Source: an uncultured Nocardioides sp. (GTDB lineage Bacteria > Actinomycetota > Actinomycetes > Propionibacteriales > Nocardioidaceae). From it: a stretch of DNA of 64,000 nt. Where the stretch lies: the NCBI GenBank assembly GCA_964591845.1, contig CAZQCA010000001.1:1135-65134 (forward strand). The letters are read 5' to 3'. Position numbers and translations under genes: made by a program. Every line of letters begins with the position of its first letter. The stretch's first letter is position 1. A model generated the notes under the pieces. It had not been told where the DNA came from, ran no database searches, and worked only from the letters and a program-made list of their open reading frames with translations. This document shows positions 18,861 to 27,430 of this stretch, piece by piece.

Positions 18861-19962
18861 GCCGCCGCCTCGTCCGGGGCCTGGAGCAGGACGAGCTCCG
18901 AGCAGAAGCCGGGCCCCATCGCCATCAGCAGCCCGTGGCTGCCGGGCGCGGGCGGACGCTCGCGCAGGGTGTCGGCGAGCACATGGAGCACGGAGGCCGA
19001 GGAGAGGTTGCCCACCGTGGCCAGGGAGTCCCAGGTGACCTGCACGGCCTCGCGCTCCAGCTCGAGCGCGTCCTGCACCGCCTGCAGCACCTTGGGGCCG
19101 CCCGGGTGGACGGCGTACCAGCCGATGTCGTCGAGGACCATCCCGTGGTCGGCGAGGAACTCCCCGACATCGCGTCCCAGGTTGGCGCGGACCAGATCGG
19201 GGACGCTGGCGTCGAGGACGATGCGCAGCCCGCCGGCGCTGACGTCCCAGCCCATGGCGCGCTCGCTGTCGGGGTAGAGCCGGCTGCGAGTGGCCAGCAC
19301 GCGGGGCCGTGGCTCGGCGCGTACCCCCGAGTCGGCCAGCTGCTCGACGCGGCGCGCGCCGGCCGCGACGACCGCGGCCGCTCCGTCGCCGAAGAGGCCG
19401 CTCGCCACGAAGTTGGGCATCGTCAGGTCGTCGCGCTGGAGGGTCAAGGTGCACAGCTCGACGGCCATCAGCACCGCCACCTGGTCGGGGTGGCCGACCA
19501 GGTAGTCGTCGAGACGGGCCACGCCGGCGGCGCCCGCCACGCAGCCGAGGCCGACCAGCGGCAGGCGGACGACGTCGGGACGCATGCCGGTCAGCGCGGC
19601 GACACGGGCGTCGAGTGACGGGACCGCGAGCCCGGTGACGGTGACGCCCACGAGGAGGTCGACGTCGGCGGGGGTGAGCCCGGCCGCCTTGAGCGCGTCG
19701 ACGACGGCCCGGGCGCCCAGGTCCACGCCGGCCCGGATGAAGGCGTGTTGGAGGCGCCGAAGTCGTGCAGTGCCGCGTAGCCGTCCAGCGGCAGCGCGAG
19801 GTGCCTGCTCTCGACGCCGGCGTTGCCGTGGAGCCGGCGGATCACCTGCTCGTGGTCGCTGCCCGCTCGCAGGATCTGGTGGACGAAGGCGTCGGTGATC
19901 TCGTCCTGCCGATAGCGGTGCTGGGGGAGCGTGCCGCGCACGCTCAGGAGTTGGGTGGTCAT
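18857..19962 (-). pseudogene. Type III polyketide synthase (SrsA/AgqA-like) with a 1-nt frameshift at about 19746
   Basis: The N-terminal part (MTTQLLSV...HDFGASN) and the C-terminal part (DLGARAVV...[10 protein letters not shown]...HPGGPKVL...GNLSSASV...MGPGF) are in different frames. Inserting one G restores ...[15 protein letters not shown], 368 aa. Confidence 0.85.
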
Positions 19963-21164
19963 GTGGGCTGCTTCCTGTGGTGGCGGAGTCGGCGGGTGAG
20001 CTGCTGGCGCAGCCCGGAGGGCAGGCGGCCGGCGAGGGCGAGGGCGGCGTACGGCGTGATCACGCCGCGCGCGAGACCGAGCTCGACGATCTCGTCGAAG
20101 ACGCGCTGGCTGGCGGCGGACGCCCGCAGTCCGGCGTCGATGACGGCCTCGTGCCGGCACAGCCGGCCGGCGACGTCGATGTGGCGCAGGTGTCGCGCCA
20201 GGTGGGGCTCGACGGCGGATCGGTAGCGCTGGGCGGCCGTCACGGGGTTGGCGTCGGCGATCGCGGCGGCGGCGGCGCGGCCGGCTGCGATGCCGGTGAG
20301 CACCGCATAGTAGATGCCCTCGCCCGTCATCGGGTTGACCAGCCCGGCGGCGTCCCCGGCCAGCAGCACCGGCCCGCGTCCGCTGTGCCACGAGCCGGCC
20401 GAGAGGGGCAGTCGGGCACCTCGCCAGTCGCGGGCCTCCGCGGTGGTGCCCGGGATCAGCTCCTCGAGCATGCCGATGAGCTCGGGCCGGGCAGGCGCCG
20501 CTCCGTGGCCCGGCAGCAGCTCGCCGTAGCCGACGTTGGCGAGCCCGTCGCCGCGGTCGAAGCACCAGGCGTACGCCGGCTGCCGGTCGTGCCCGAACAC
20601 GATGGTCTGTGCGCCACGCAGGTGCGGCGGGGTCGGCGTGTAGCCCCGAAGGGCCAGCGCCATCCGCTGCTCGGCGGGCCCCACGGCCCGGCGCACGACC
20701 GACTGCGCGCCGTCGGCGCCGACCACCACCCGGGCGGTCAGGCCGTCGCCGAGGTGGACCCGGCCGTCCTGCTCACCCAGGCTGCGGACCCGGTGCACGG
20801 CCACGGTGACTCCTGCGGCCTCGGCCTCCTGCACCAGCCGGTGGTCCAGCTCCACACGTGGGATCACCCACGTCGGCCTGGCGAGCGGGCGGTCGACGGA
20901 GGTGTCCCGACGGCGCAGCCGCAGGCGGTGCACGGGATGCCAGCCCCGGGTCACGCGGTCGGCGCAGCCCAGCTCGGCGAGCAGGTCGATCACGTGTGGC
21001 GCCACTCCGTCGCCGCACGACTTGTCACGCGGGAAGGCGCTGCGGTCGAGCAGAAGGACGCGCAGGGTGGGGTCGGACCGGCGGGCGGCGAGCGCCGCAC
21101 ACGCGCCGGCGGGGCCGGCGCCCACCACGGCGAGGTCCCACTCGCCCGTCCTCGGGGAGCTCAC
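19959..21164 (-). CDS. Geranylgeranyl reductase family FAD-dependent oxidoreductase
   Basis: [34 protein letters not shown] and [18 protein letters not shown]; GTG start overlaps the upstream stop. Confidence 0.88.
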   Translation of the reverse strand: MSSPRTGEWDLAVVGAGPAGACAALAARRSDPTLRVLLLDRSAFPRDKSCGDGVAPHVIDLLAELGCADRVTRGWHPVHRLRLRRRDTSVDRPLARPTWVIPRVELDHRLVQEAEAAGVTVAVHRVRSLGEQDGRVHLGDGLTARVVVGADGAQSVVRRAVGPAEQRMALALRGYTPTPPHLRGAQTIVFGHDRQPAYAWCFDRGDGLANVGYGELLPGHGAAPARPELIGMLEELIPGTTAEARDWRGARLPLSAGSWHSGRGPVLLAGDAAGLVNPMTGEGIYYAVLTGIAAGRAAAAAIADANPVTAAQRYRSAVEPHLARHLRHIDVAGRLCRHEAVIDAGLRASAASQRVFDEIVELGLARGVITPYAALALAGRLPSGLRQQLTRRLRHHRKQPT

Positions 21165-21991
21165 GCGCCGACCACCACCAGCAGGACGACGTCGACCAGC
21201 GCGATGGCCACCGCCGCGGCGAACGGGCGGCGTCCGCGACCGCTCAGGGCCACCAGGGCCAGCACCGCCACCACGACCAGCGAGGCCAGCCCCCACCTGG
21301 AGGGTGCTCCATCGGGGCCGAGCACGGCCGTCACGGACCCGGCGACCAGCAGGCTGGTCGCCAGTCGCCGGGACCAGCCCGCCCCGAGGCGGTGCGGCAG
21401 GCCGCGGATGCCGGTCCTGGCGTCGTCGTCGAGGTCGGGCACCACGTTGAGCAGATGCGCGGCCACGCCGAGCAGGGCGCCGGTGGCCACCATCCAGGTG
21501 GGCGGGACGGCCGGCGGTGACTCCGCGAGGGTCAGCACCGCGGGCAGCGAGCCGAACGCGACGGCGTACGGCAGCCACGACCAGGCGGTTTCCTTGCCTC
21601 CCGCGTTGTAGAGATGTCCGGACCCGACGCCGAGTGCGTGCGCCACGGCGCTGCGCCAGCCCAGGAGCAGCGACAGGGCAGCGCACGCGACGCCCGCTGC
21701 CAGCACCGCGAGGCGCACTCGGCCAGGGTCGAGCACCCCGGCGGCGAGCGGCTTGTCGAGCCTCCCGACCCGGCGGTCGCGGTCTGCGTCGAGCAGGTCG
21801 TTGGCCCATCCGATCGTCAGCTGGCCGGCGAGGACGGCTGCCACCGCCGTGGCGACGGTGGCCGGTGGCAGGTCGCGGGCGACACCGATCAGTCCGGCCA
21901 CCGTGGTGACGGCGAGGCTCGGACCGAGGTGCGCCGCGCGCAGCCAGGCGCCGGCGGTGGAGACCTCCGACCGCGATGCCACGTGGGTCAC
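21161..21991 (-). CDS. UbiA family prenyltransferase (AgqD-like)
   Basis: NDLLDADRDRRVGRLDKPL (NDxxDxxxD), YN and NVVPDLDDD; multiple TM segments. Confidence 0.9.
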   Translation of the reverse strand: MTHVASRSEVSTAGAWLRAAHLGPSLAVTTVAGLIGVARDLPPATVATAVAAVLAGQLTIGWANDLLDADRDRRVGRLDKPLAAGVLDPGRVRLAVLAAGVACAALSLLLGWRSAVAHALGVGSGHLYNAGGKETAWSWLPYAVAFGSLPAVLTLAESPPAVPPTWMVATGALLGVAAHLLNVVPDLDDDARTGIRGLPHRLGAGWSRRLATSLLVAGSVTAVLGPDGAPSRWGLASLVVVAVLALVALSGRGRRPFAAAVAIALVDVVLLVVVGA

Positions 21992-22137
21992 TCAACCACT
22001 CCTCGTCGGCGCCGGGGCCCGTCGTGTCGGGCGGCCGAGCGGCCGGCGGACGTCATGCCGGCCGGGTACCCGGTGCGCCCGGGCTTGATGAGCCGTCCGC
22101 CCACGCCGGGCACCTGACCGTGCCTCGAGCACGGTTC

Positions 22138-22635
22138 TCAGACCCAGTAGGTGTCGTGGCGGAGCATGAACTCGACCCGCTCCTCCTCGCTCATCGGGTT
22201 CTCCGCGAGGCCCGCCAGCGACTCGAAGTAGTCCTCCCGAGGGGCACCCGGCGTGAACATCAACAGCATCGAGGCGCGGTCGCCACCTCGGAAGCCGTGC
22301 AGCCCGCCCTCGGGCACGTGCATGAAGTCGCCCGGCCGCGCGGTCTTCCAACCGGTCCCGTCATAGAGCCGGACCTCGCCGGTGAGGACATATAACGACT
22401 CGGTGATCGCGCGGTGGAAGTGCGGCTCGGGACCCGACTCGTCGGGGCCGAACGTCCACCGGTAGAGCCCGAACAGGGTCCCGGTGCGGTCCCCGGTCGC
22501 GAGGTACTCGCACGTCCCGCCGGACCGGTAGGTGATCTCCGGCTCGGTGTCGCTCGCGCGGATCCACGCCGACGCCTCGCCGGCGGTGCCGCGGTAGACG
22601 TCGGGCGGGTAGGGGCGGTGCAGGGGTCCGGTCAT
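22138..22635 (-). CDS. Cupin domain protein
   Basis: PHFHRAITESLYVLTGEV...PGDFMHVPEGGLHGF. Confidence 0.88.
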   Translation of the reverse strand: MTGPLHRPYPPDVYRGTAGEASAWIRASDTEPEITYRSGGTCEYLATGDRTGTLFGLYRWTFGPDESGPEPHFHRAITESLYVLTGEVRLYDGTGWKTARPGDFMHVPEGGLHGFRGGDRASMLLMFTPGAPREDYFESLAGLAENPMSEEERVEFMLRHDTYWV

Positions 22636-22762
22636 GCTCTCATGCTTACCCGCCGCCCCCAGATGCACCGGGACGGCTCTTCGCGTGGGCGCCGATGGGT
22701 ATTCCCGGAACGATCGGCGGCTCCTCCTGTCAGGACCCCCATCCGCCGAGGAAGGATCGCCC

Positions 22763-23011
22763 ATGAGCCCCACCCCAGACGACAGCGCCCGCGTGAGACT
22801 GCGCCCCCTCGACACCGACGGGGAGACGGCGATCGAGCTCGTCGTCGACGAGGTGCCGGTGCGCCACGGCCGGTTTGCCGACGGCACCTACTTCGTCTAC
22901 GACAACGCCTACGTCTGGTCCGACGACCTGGTCGAGCTCGGGCGGCAGCTGGTCGACGACAGGCGGCACGGCAGGGTGTCGGACCCCACGCAGCCCGAGG
23001 GTGGGCAGTGA
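22763..23011 (+). CDS. Putative tyrosinase copper chaperone (caddie/MelC1-like) lacking a Tat signal, 82 aa
   Basis: LVVDEVPVRHGRFADGTYFVYDNAY...DLVELGRQLVD resembles the MelC1 core. It lies 1 nt upstream of the tyrosinase; RBS gaagga. Confidence 0.6.
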   Translation: MSPTPDDSARVRLRPLDTDGETAIELVVDEVPVRHGRFADGTYFVYDNAYVWSDDLVELGRQLVDDRRHGRVSDPTQPEGGQ

Positions 23012-23012
23012 C

Positions 23013-24401
23013 ATGGCCGGCCTCCGGAAGAACTGCCTGGCGATGAGCCAGCAGGAGCGGGACCGCTTCGTCGCGGCGCTCAAGGCCGTGAAGGGTCGCG
23101 GCGTCGTGGATCGGTTCGCCGACATCCACGAGCGCCACTTCGCCATGAACATCCACCGCTCCTCCCACTTCCTGCCGTGGCACCGTGAGATGCTGCTGCG
23201 CTTCGAGCAGCAGCTCCAGGCGGTCGACGCCTCCGTCTATCTGCCCTACTGGGACTCCTCGGTCGACCAGGCGGTCTCGGCGGCGTTGTGGGACCCGGGG
23301 TTCCTGGGTCAGTTCGACCCGCTGTGGGGACTCGGCCGCGCCCTGGGCTCCGACGTGCTGCCCACCCCACAGCAGGTCGCGAACAACCAGGCGCGGCCGT
23401 CGTACGCCGCCTTCTGGCCCGAGCTCGAGTCGGCCATCCACAACCCGCCGCACCGATGGGTCGGTGGCCGGATGCGCAGCGCGGCCTCTCCACACGACCC
23501 CGTGTTCTACCTCCACCATGCGTGGATCGACCTGCTCTGGGTGCGCTGGCAGGCGGGCCACCCGGGAGCGACGTTCACCCAGAGCATCGCGGGTGCCGGC
23601 CTCAACGACCCCTTCATGGAGTGGACCGACCGCACGCCCGCGGACGTGCTCGACCACCACGCGCTCGGCCACGCCTACGACACCGAGGCGATCCTGACCG
23701 GGCCGGCTCCCTCGAGCCCGGACATGCAGCCGGGAGAGGTGCTGGCGGCGGGGGCGTCCATCACCTCGGCGGACGGCAGGTTCACCTTCGTCTACCAGAC
23801 CGACGGCAACCTGGTGCTCTACGGCCCGGCCGGGGCGATGTGGGCCTCGGACACGGAGGGCACCCCCGTCGGCACCTGCGTGATGCAGGGCGACGGGAAC
23901 CTGGTGATCTATGGTCCGGGCGGGGTCTATGTGTGGGACTCCGCGACCGACGGCAACCCCGGAGCTCATCTGGTGGTGCAGGACGACGGCAACGTCGTGA
24001 TCTACCGGCCCGACGGCACGCCGGTGTGGGACACCGGCACCTGGATGCCGACGGGGCCACGCGCGTCGAGCCCGGACATGCAGCCCGGCGAGGTGCTGGT
24101 GGCCGGTGCCGGCATCACCTCGGCGGACGGCCGGTTCACCTTCGTCTACCAGACCGACGGCAACCTGGTGCTCTACGGCCCGGCCGGGGCGATGTGGGCC
24201 TCGGACACGGAGGGCACCCCCGTCGGCACCTGCGTGATGCAGGGCGACGGGAACCTGGTGATCTATGGTCCGGGCGGGGTCTATGTGTGGGACTCCGCGA
24301 CCGACGGCAACCCCGGAGCTCATCTGGTGGTGCAGGACGACGGCAACGTCGTGATCTACTCCACGACCGCCGTGGCGCTCTGGGCGACCGGCACCGGCTG
24401 A
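23013..24401 (+). CDS. Tyrosinase fused to two bulb-type (GNA-like) mannose-binding lectin domains, 462 aa
   Basis: CuA: IHERH...IHRSSHFLPWHR. CuB: HNPPHRWVGG...SPHDPVFYLHH. Six QxDGNxVxY motifs follow. Confidence 0.9.
   Translation: MAGLRKNCLAMSQQERDRFVAALKAVKGRGVVDRFADIHERHFAMNIHRSSHFLPWHREMLLRFEQQLQAVDASVYLPYWDSSVDQAVSAALWDPGFLGQFDPLWGLGRALGSDVLPTPQQVANNQARPSYAAFWPELESAIHNPPHRWVGGRMRSAASPHDPVFYLHHAWIDLLWVRWQAGHPGATFTQSIAGAGLNDPFMEWTDRTPADVLDHHALGHAYDTEAILTGPAPSSPDMQPGEVLAAGASITSADGRFTFVYQTDGNLVLYGPAGAMWASDTEGTPVGTCVMQGDGNLVIYGPGGVYVWDSATDGNPGAHLVVQDDGNVVIYRPDGTPVWDTGTWMPTGPRASSPDMQPGEVLVAGAGITSADGRFTFVYQTDGNLVLYGPAGAMWASDTEGTPVGTCVMQGDGNLVIYGPGGVYVWDSATDGNPGAHLVVQDDGNVVIYSTTAVALWATGTG
23712..24359 (+). 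repeat. Near-identical internal direct repeat with a 354-bp period
   Basis: tcgagcccggacatgcagcc at 23712 and 24066. About 225 bp (23781-24005 vs 24135-24359) appear identical by eye. Confidence 0.9.
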
Positions 24402-24433
24402 TCATCGACGACAGACGCAGCGCGGATCGCGCG

Positions 24434-26005
24434 TCAGGAGTCGAGACGTTCCTCCTCGAGGTCCAGCTCGCGCTCGACGACGTACATCGCGTCGTTGCCG
24501 ATGACCCCTTCGTCGCGCAGGCGCATCAGGTCGCGACGCTGGGCGTCGATGACCTGCCGGAGCAGTCGCTGGTAGTCCCGTGATCTGCCCTCTGGGTCCT
24601 CGTCGCCGTCGACGGGCTTGCCCGCGCGCTGGTAGAGGCGCCGCCTGCGGAACTCGTAGAGCCCCCGCATCCGCTCCAGGGTGTCCGCGCGTACCCAGTC
24701 CTCCCCGTCGAGCAGCTCCAGTTCGGCCAGGGCGGCCGTGGTCACCGACTTGCGTGCACGCAGCTCCTCCCGGGCGGTCACCCCGTCGTCGGTCACCCCG
24801 AGGAGCCGGATCACCCAGGGCAGGGTCAGTCCCTGGCCCACGAGAGTGGCCCAGATGACGCACAGCGCGAGGAAGACGAGCAGGTCGCGCTCCGGTACGT
24901 CGGCCGGCAGCGCCAGAGCCGCGGCCAGCGAGACCGCGCCGCGCAGACCGCACCAGGAGCCGACCGTGCGCGCCTGCCAGGTCGAGCGCCGGGAGCGCTG
25001 GACCTCGCGCCGGTCGACGGTCCGGATGACGACGGTGATCGCGTGCGTCCACACCATCCGGGTCAGGATCGTCGTGGCGGCGACGAGGAGGCCCAGGCCC
25101 GCCAGCGTCCAGGCCGACCGCTCCTGCCGCTCGAGGATGTCGGGCAGGCTCAGCCCGACGCTGAGGAAGAGCACCGCGTTGAGCAGGAAGACCAGCGCGT
25201 CCCACGTGGCGCGGTTGCTGATCCGGCTCGACGAGGTGCTGAGCAGCGGCGCCCGGTGACCCATCCAGAGTCCGCAGGCGACGGCGGCGAGCACGCCCGA
25301 CAGGTGCAGCTGCTCGGCCGGCAGATAGGCGAGATAGCCGGCGGTGAGCGTCAGCACCAGCCGCAGCAGGTCGTCGTCGCCGGCGTGACGCAGCAGGCGG
25401 TTCATCAGCACGGCCACCACCGATCCGACCACGAGGCCGCCCACCACCTCCCCGACGAAGAGGCCTCCGGCCCGCCACCAGGCGAACGACGCGCCGGCGG
25501 CGACGGCCACCGCCGACTGGTAGATCACCAGTGCCGACCCGTCGTTGACCAGCGACTCGCCCTCGATCACGGTGATGCTGCGGTGCGGCAGGCCGAGCCG
25601 GCGGGCGATCTGGGTCGCCGCCAGGGGATCGGTGGGGGACACGACGGCGCCCAGGGCGAACGCGGCCGCCCAGGGCAGCCCGTCGATCGCGGCGTGCGCC
25701 GCCACGGCCACCAGCGCCGTCGTGGCCAGCACCAGGCCGATGGCGCTGAGCCCGATCACGCGCGCGCTCGCCCGCAGGTCGCGCAGCGAGCTGCGATACG
25801 CCGCGTCGTACAGCAGTGGCGGGAGGAGCACGAAGAGCACCACCTCCGGCTCGAGGCGGAAGTCCGGCACTCCGGGCAGGTAGCCGACCACGCTGCCCAC
25901 GACGACCAGCACGATCGGGTAGGGGACCGCGAGCAGTCGCGACACGGCGCTCGCGGCGGCCACCAGCACCAGCAGGAGCAGGGTCAGGGACTCGGCGTCA
26001 CCCAT
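24434..26005 (-). CDS. Na+/H+ antiporter, CPA1 family
   Basis: LLPPLLYDAA, VVSPTDP, IEGESLVNDG, GLRGAVSLAAALALP and ERELDLEE. Confidence 0.93.
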   Translation of the reverse strand: MGDAESLTLLLLVLVAAASAVSRLLAVPYPIVLVVVGSVVGYLPGVPDFRLEPEVVLFVLLPPLLYDAAYRSSLRDLRASARVIGLSAIGLVLATTALVAVAAHAAIDGLPWAAAFALGAVVSPTDPLAATQIARRLGLPHRSITVIEGESLVNDGSALVIYQSAVAVAAGASFAWWRAGGLFVGEVVGGLVVGSVVAVLMNRLLRHAGDDDLLRLVLTLTAGYLAYLPAEQLHLSGVLAAVACGLWMGHRAPLLSTSSSRISNRATWDALVFLLNAVLFLSVGLSLPDILERQERSAWTLAGLGLLVAATTILTRMVWTHAITVVIRTVDRREVQRSRRSTWQARTVGSWCGLRGAVSLAAALALPADVPERDLLVFLALCVIWATLVGQGLTLPWVIRLLGVTDDGVTAREELRARKSVTTAALAELELLDGEDWVRADTLERMRGLYEFRRRRLYQRAGKPVDGDEDPEGRSRDYQRLLRQVIDAQRRDLMRLRDEGVIGNDAMYVVERELDLEEERLDS

Positions 26006-26216
26006 GGTGGCCTCCGGGCGGTCGGAGCGGGAGCGGCAGACCTCCGATCGTAGGCCGAGGCGCCCGCGGCCTAAGGCACGCCGTCCGCTGCGTGAGGGGG
26101 CGGAGGCCGGCTCTGAGGTGGCCGCCCGATGCGACGGCGTACGCCGCGGCGAGAGGTTGGGTGCTCCGAACCGGGCGCCTCACGGGGGGCGCCGCCCGAC
26201 GAAAGGGAAGCCCACC

Positions 26217-26849
26217 ATGAACACTCGCCACCTGCTCGCCACGGCCGCCGTCGCCGCCGGCTCGGCCGCCCTGCTCGCGGCCCCCGGGAGCTCCGCCGAC
26301 GTGGCCGCCCAGGCCCCGCAGCCCGCCAAGAAGTTCTCGATGGTGCGCTCGACCGGCACGCCCGACGACTGCCTGCCCCACGCTCACGCCAGCGTCAAGA
26401 TCTACAAGCTCGAGGGTGCCGAGAAGATGGTCGTCAAGGCCTGGGGCCTCAAGCCCAAGACCGAGTTCGACCTCTTCGTGATCCAGGTGCCGGACCTGCC
26501 GTTCGGGCTCTCCTGGTACCAGGGCGACCTGGAGACCGACAAGTACGGCAAGGCCGAGGGCACCTTCATCGGCCGCTTCAACAAGGAGACCTTCACGGTC
26601 GCGCCGAACGTGGCGCCGGCCCCGGTCGTCCACAGCAGCCCGATCGCGGACGCGGCGAGCAACCCGGCGACCCCGCCGGTGCACCAGTACCACCTGGGGC
26701 TGTGGTTCAACTCACCCACCGACGCCGCCGACGCCGGCTGCGCGCCCAACGTGACGCCGTTCAACGGTGAGCACAACGCCGGCGTGCAGATCCTCAGCAC
26801 CACCCAGTTCGGCGACCAGTGGGGCCCGCTGCGCAGCATCAAGCCCTGA
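26217..26849 (+). CDS. Secreted hypothetical protein
   Basis: Signal peptide, strong GC3 codon bias, FGLSWYQGD, HLGLWFNSP and TPFNGEHNAGVQ; RBS gaaaggga. Confidence 0.8.
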   Translation: MNTRHLLATAAVAAGSAALLAAPGSSADVAAQAPQPAKKFSMVRSTGTPDDCLPHAHASVKIYKLEGAEKMVVKAWGLKPKTEFDLFVIQVPDLPFGLSWYQGDLETDKYGKAEGTFIGRFNKETFTVAPNVAPAPVVHSSPIADAASNPATPPVHQYHLGLWFNSPTDAADAGCAPNVTPFNGEHNAGVQILSTTQFGDQWGPLRSIKP

Positions 26850-26882
26850 CCTCCAGACCGGCTGCGCGTGGGGACGCAGCCC

Positions 26883-26925
26883 AGGACCCGGTCCCGCGGA
26901 CCCTCCCGCCGCGGGCCCGGGTCCT
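26883..26925. terminator. Bidirectional hairpin terminator
   Basis: aggacccggtcccgcgg / ccgcgggcccgggtcct (16/17 match) between convergent genes. Confidence 0.65.
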
Positions 26926-26930
26926 TCTGC

Positions 26931-27386
26931 TCAGTCCTTGAAGTGGAGGGCCGCGTCGCCGTGGTCGAGGCACTGCCACTTCGACCGGTCGCCGTACTGG
27001 TTCTCGCCGCGGACGCAGTAGCCGTCGGTGGTCGTCTCCACGACCAGGCGTACGCCGGCCGACGTCGTGAAGCTCAGCCCCTCCTCGGTGGCGGTGGCGC
27101 CGGGCTCGACGGTGAGCGCCACCGGGGCGCCGGTCCGGTCCTCGAGCTCGGCCTGGAACTCGTGCATCCGCTCGAGGTCGGCATACATCGGGCGCATCCG
27201 CTCGCCCTTGTCGTCGATGGCCCGGGCCAGCGGCATCAGCGCCAGGATGAGCAGCGCGAAGAAGGCGATGATCGCGACGAACGCCCGGAAGGGGTGTCGC
27301 TCCGACCACGCCGACAGCCGGCCGACGGACAGGCCGACCCGGCCGGGTGCGCGGTCGTCGTCGTGGTCGTCGGGTTCGCGTGGCAT
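26931..27386 (-). CDS. Hypothetical single-TM protein with pilin-like C-terminus
   Basis: TM segment, helix, then SAGVRLVVETTTDGYCVRG...WQC. Confidence 0.6.
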   Translation of the reverse strand: MPREPDDHDDDRAPGRVGLSVGRLSAWSERHPFRAFVAIIAFFALLILALMPLARAIDDKGERMRPMYADLERMHEFQAELEDRTGAPVALTVEPGATATEEGLSFTTSAGVRLVVETTTDGYCVRGENQYGDRSKWQCLDHGDAALHFKD

Positions 27387-27430
27387 CAGCGCGACGATAT
27401 CCCGTGCCGACGGCCCTCTCGGCAGCGGCG

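Noticed and set aside
19726-19770. Programmed ribosomal frameshift in the PKS
   Set aside because: There is no slippery heptamer or homopolymer at the junction. A simple 1-nt deletion explains it.
26006-26216. Hairpin-rich region upstream of the Na+/H+ antiporter as a possible riboswitch
   Set aside because: I recognised no riboswitch consensus, and short hairpins are expected at this GC content. An Rfam scan would be needed to support it.
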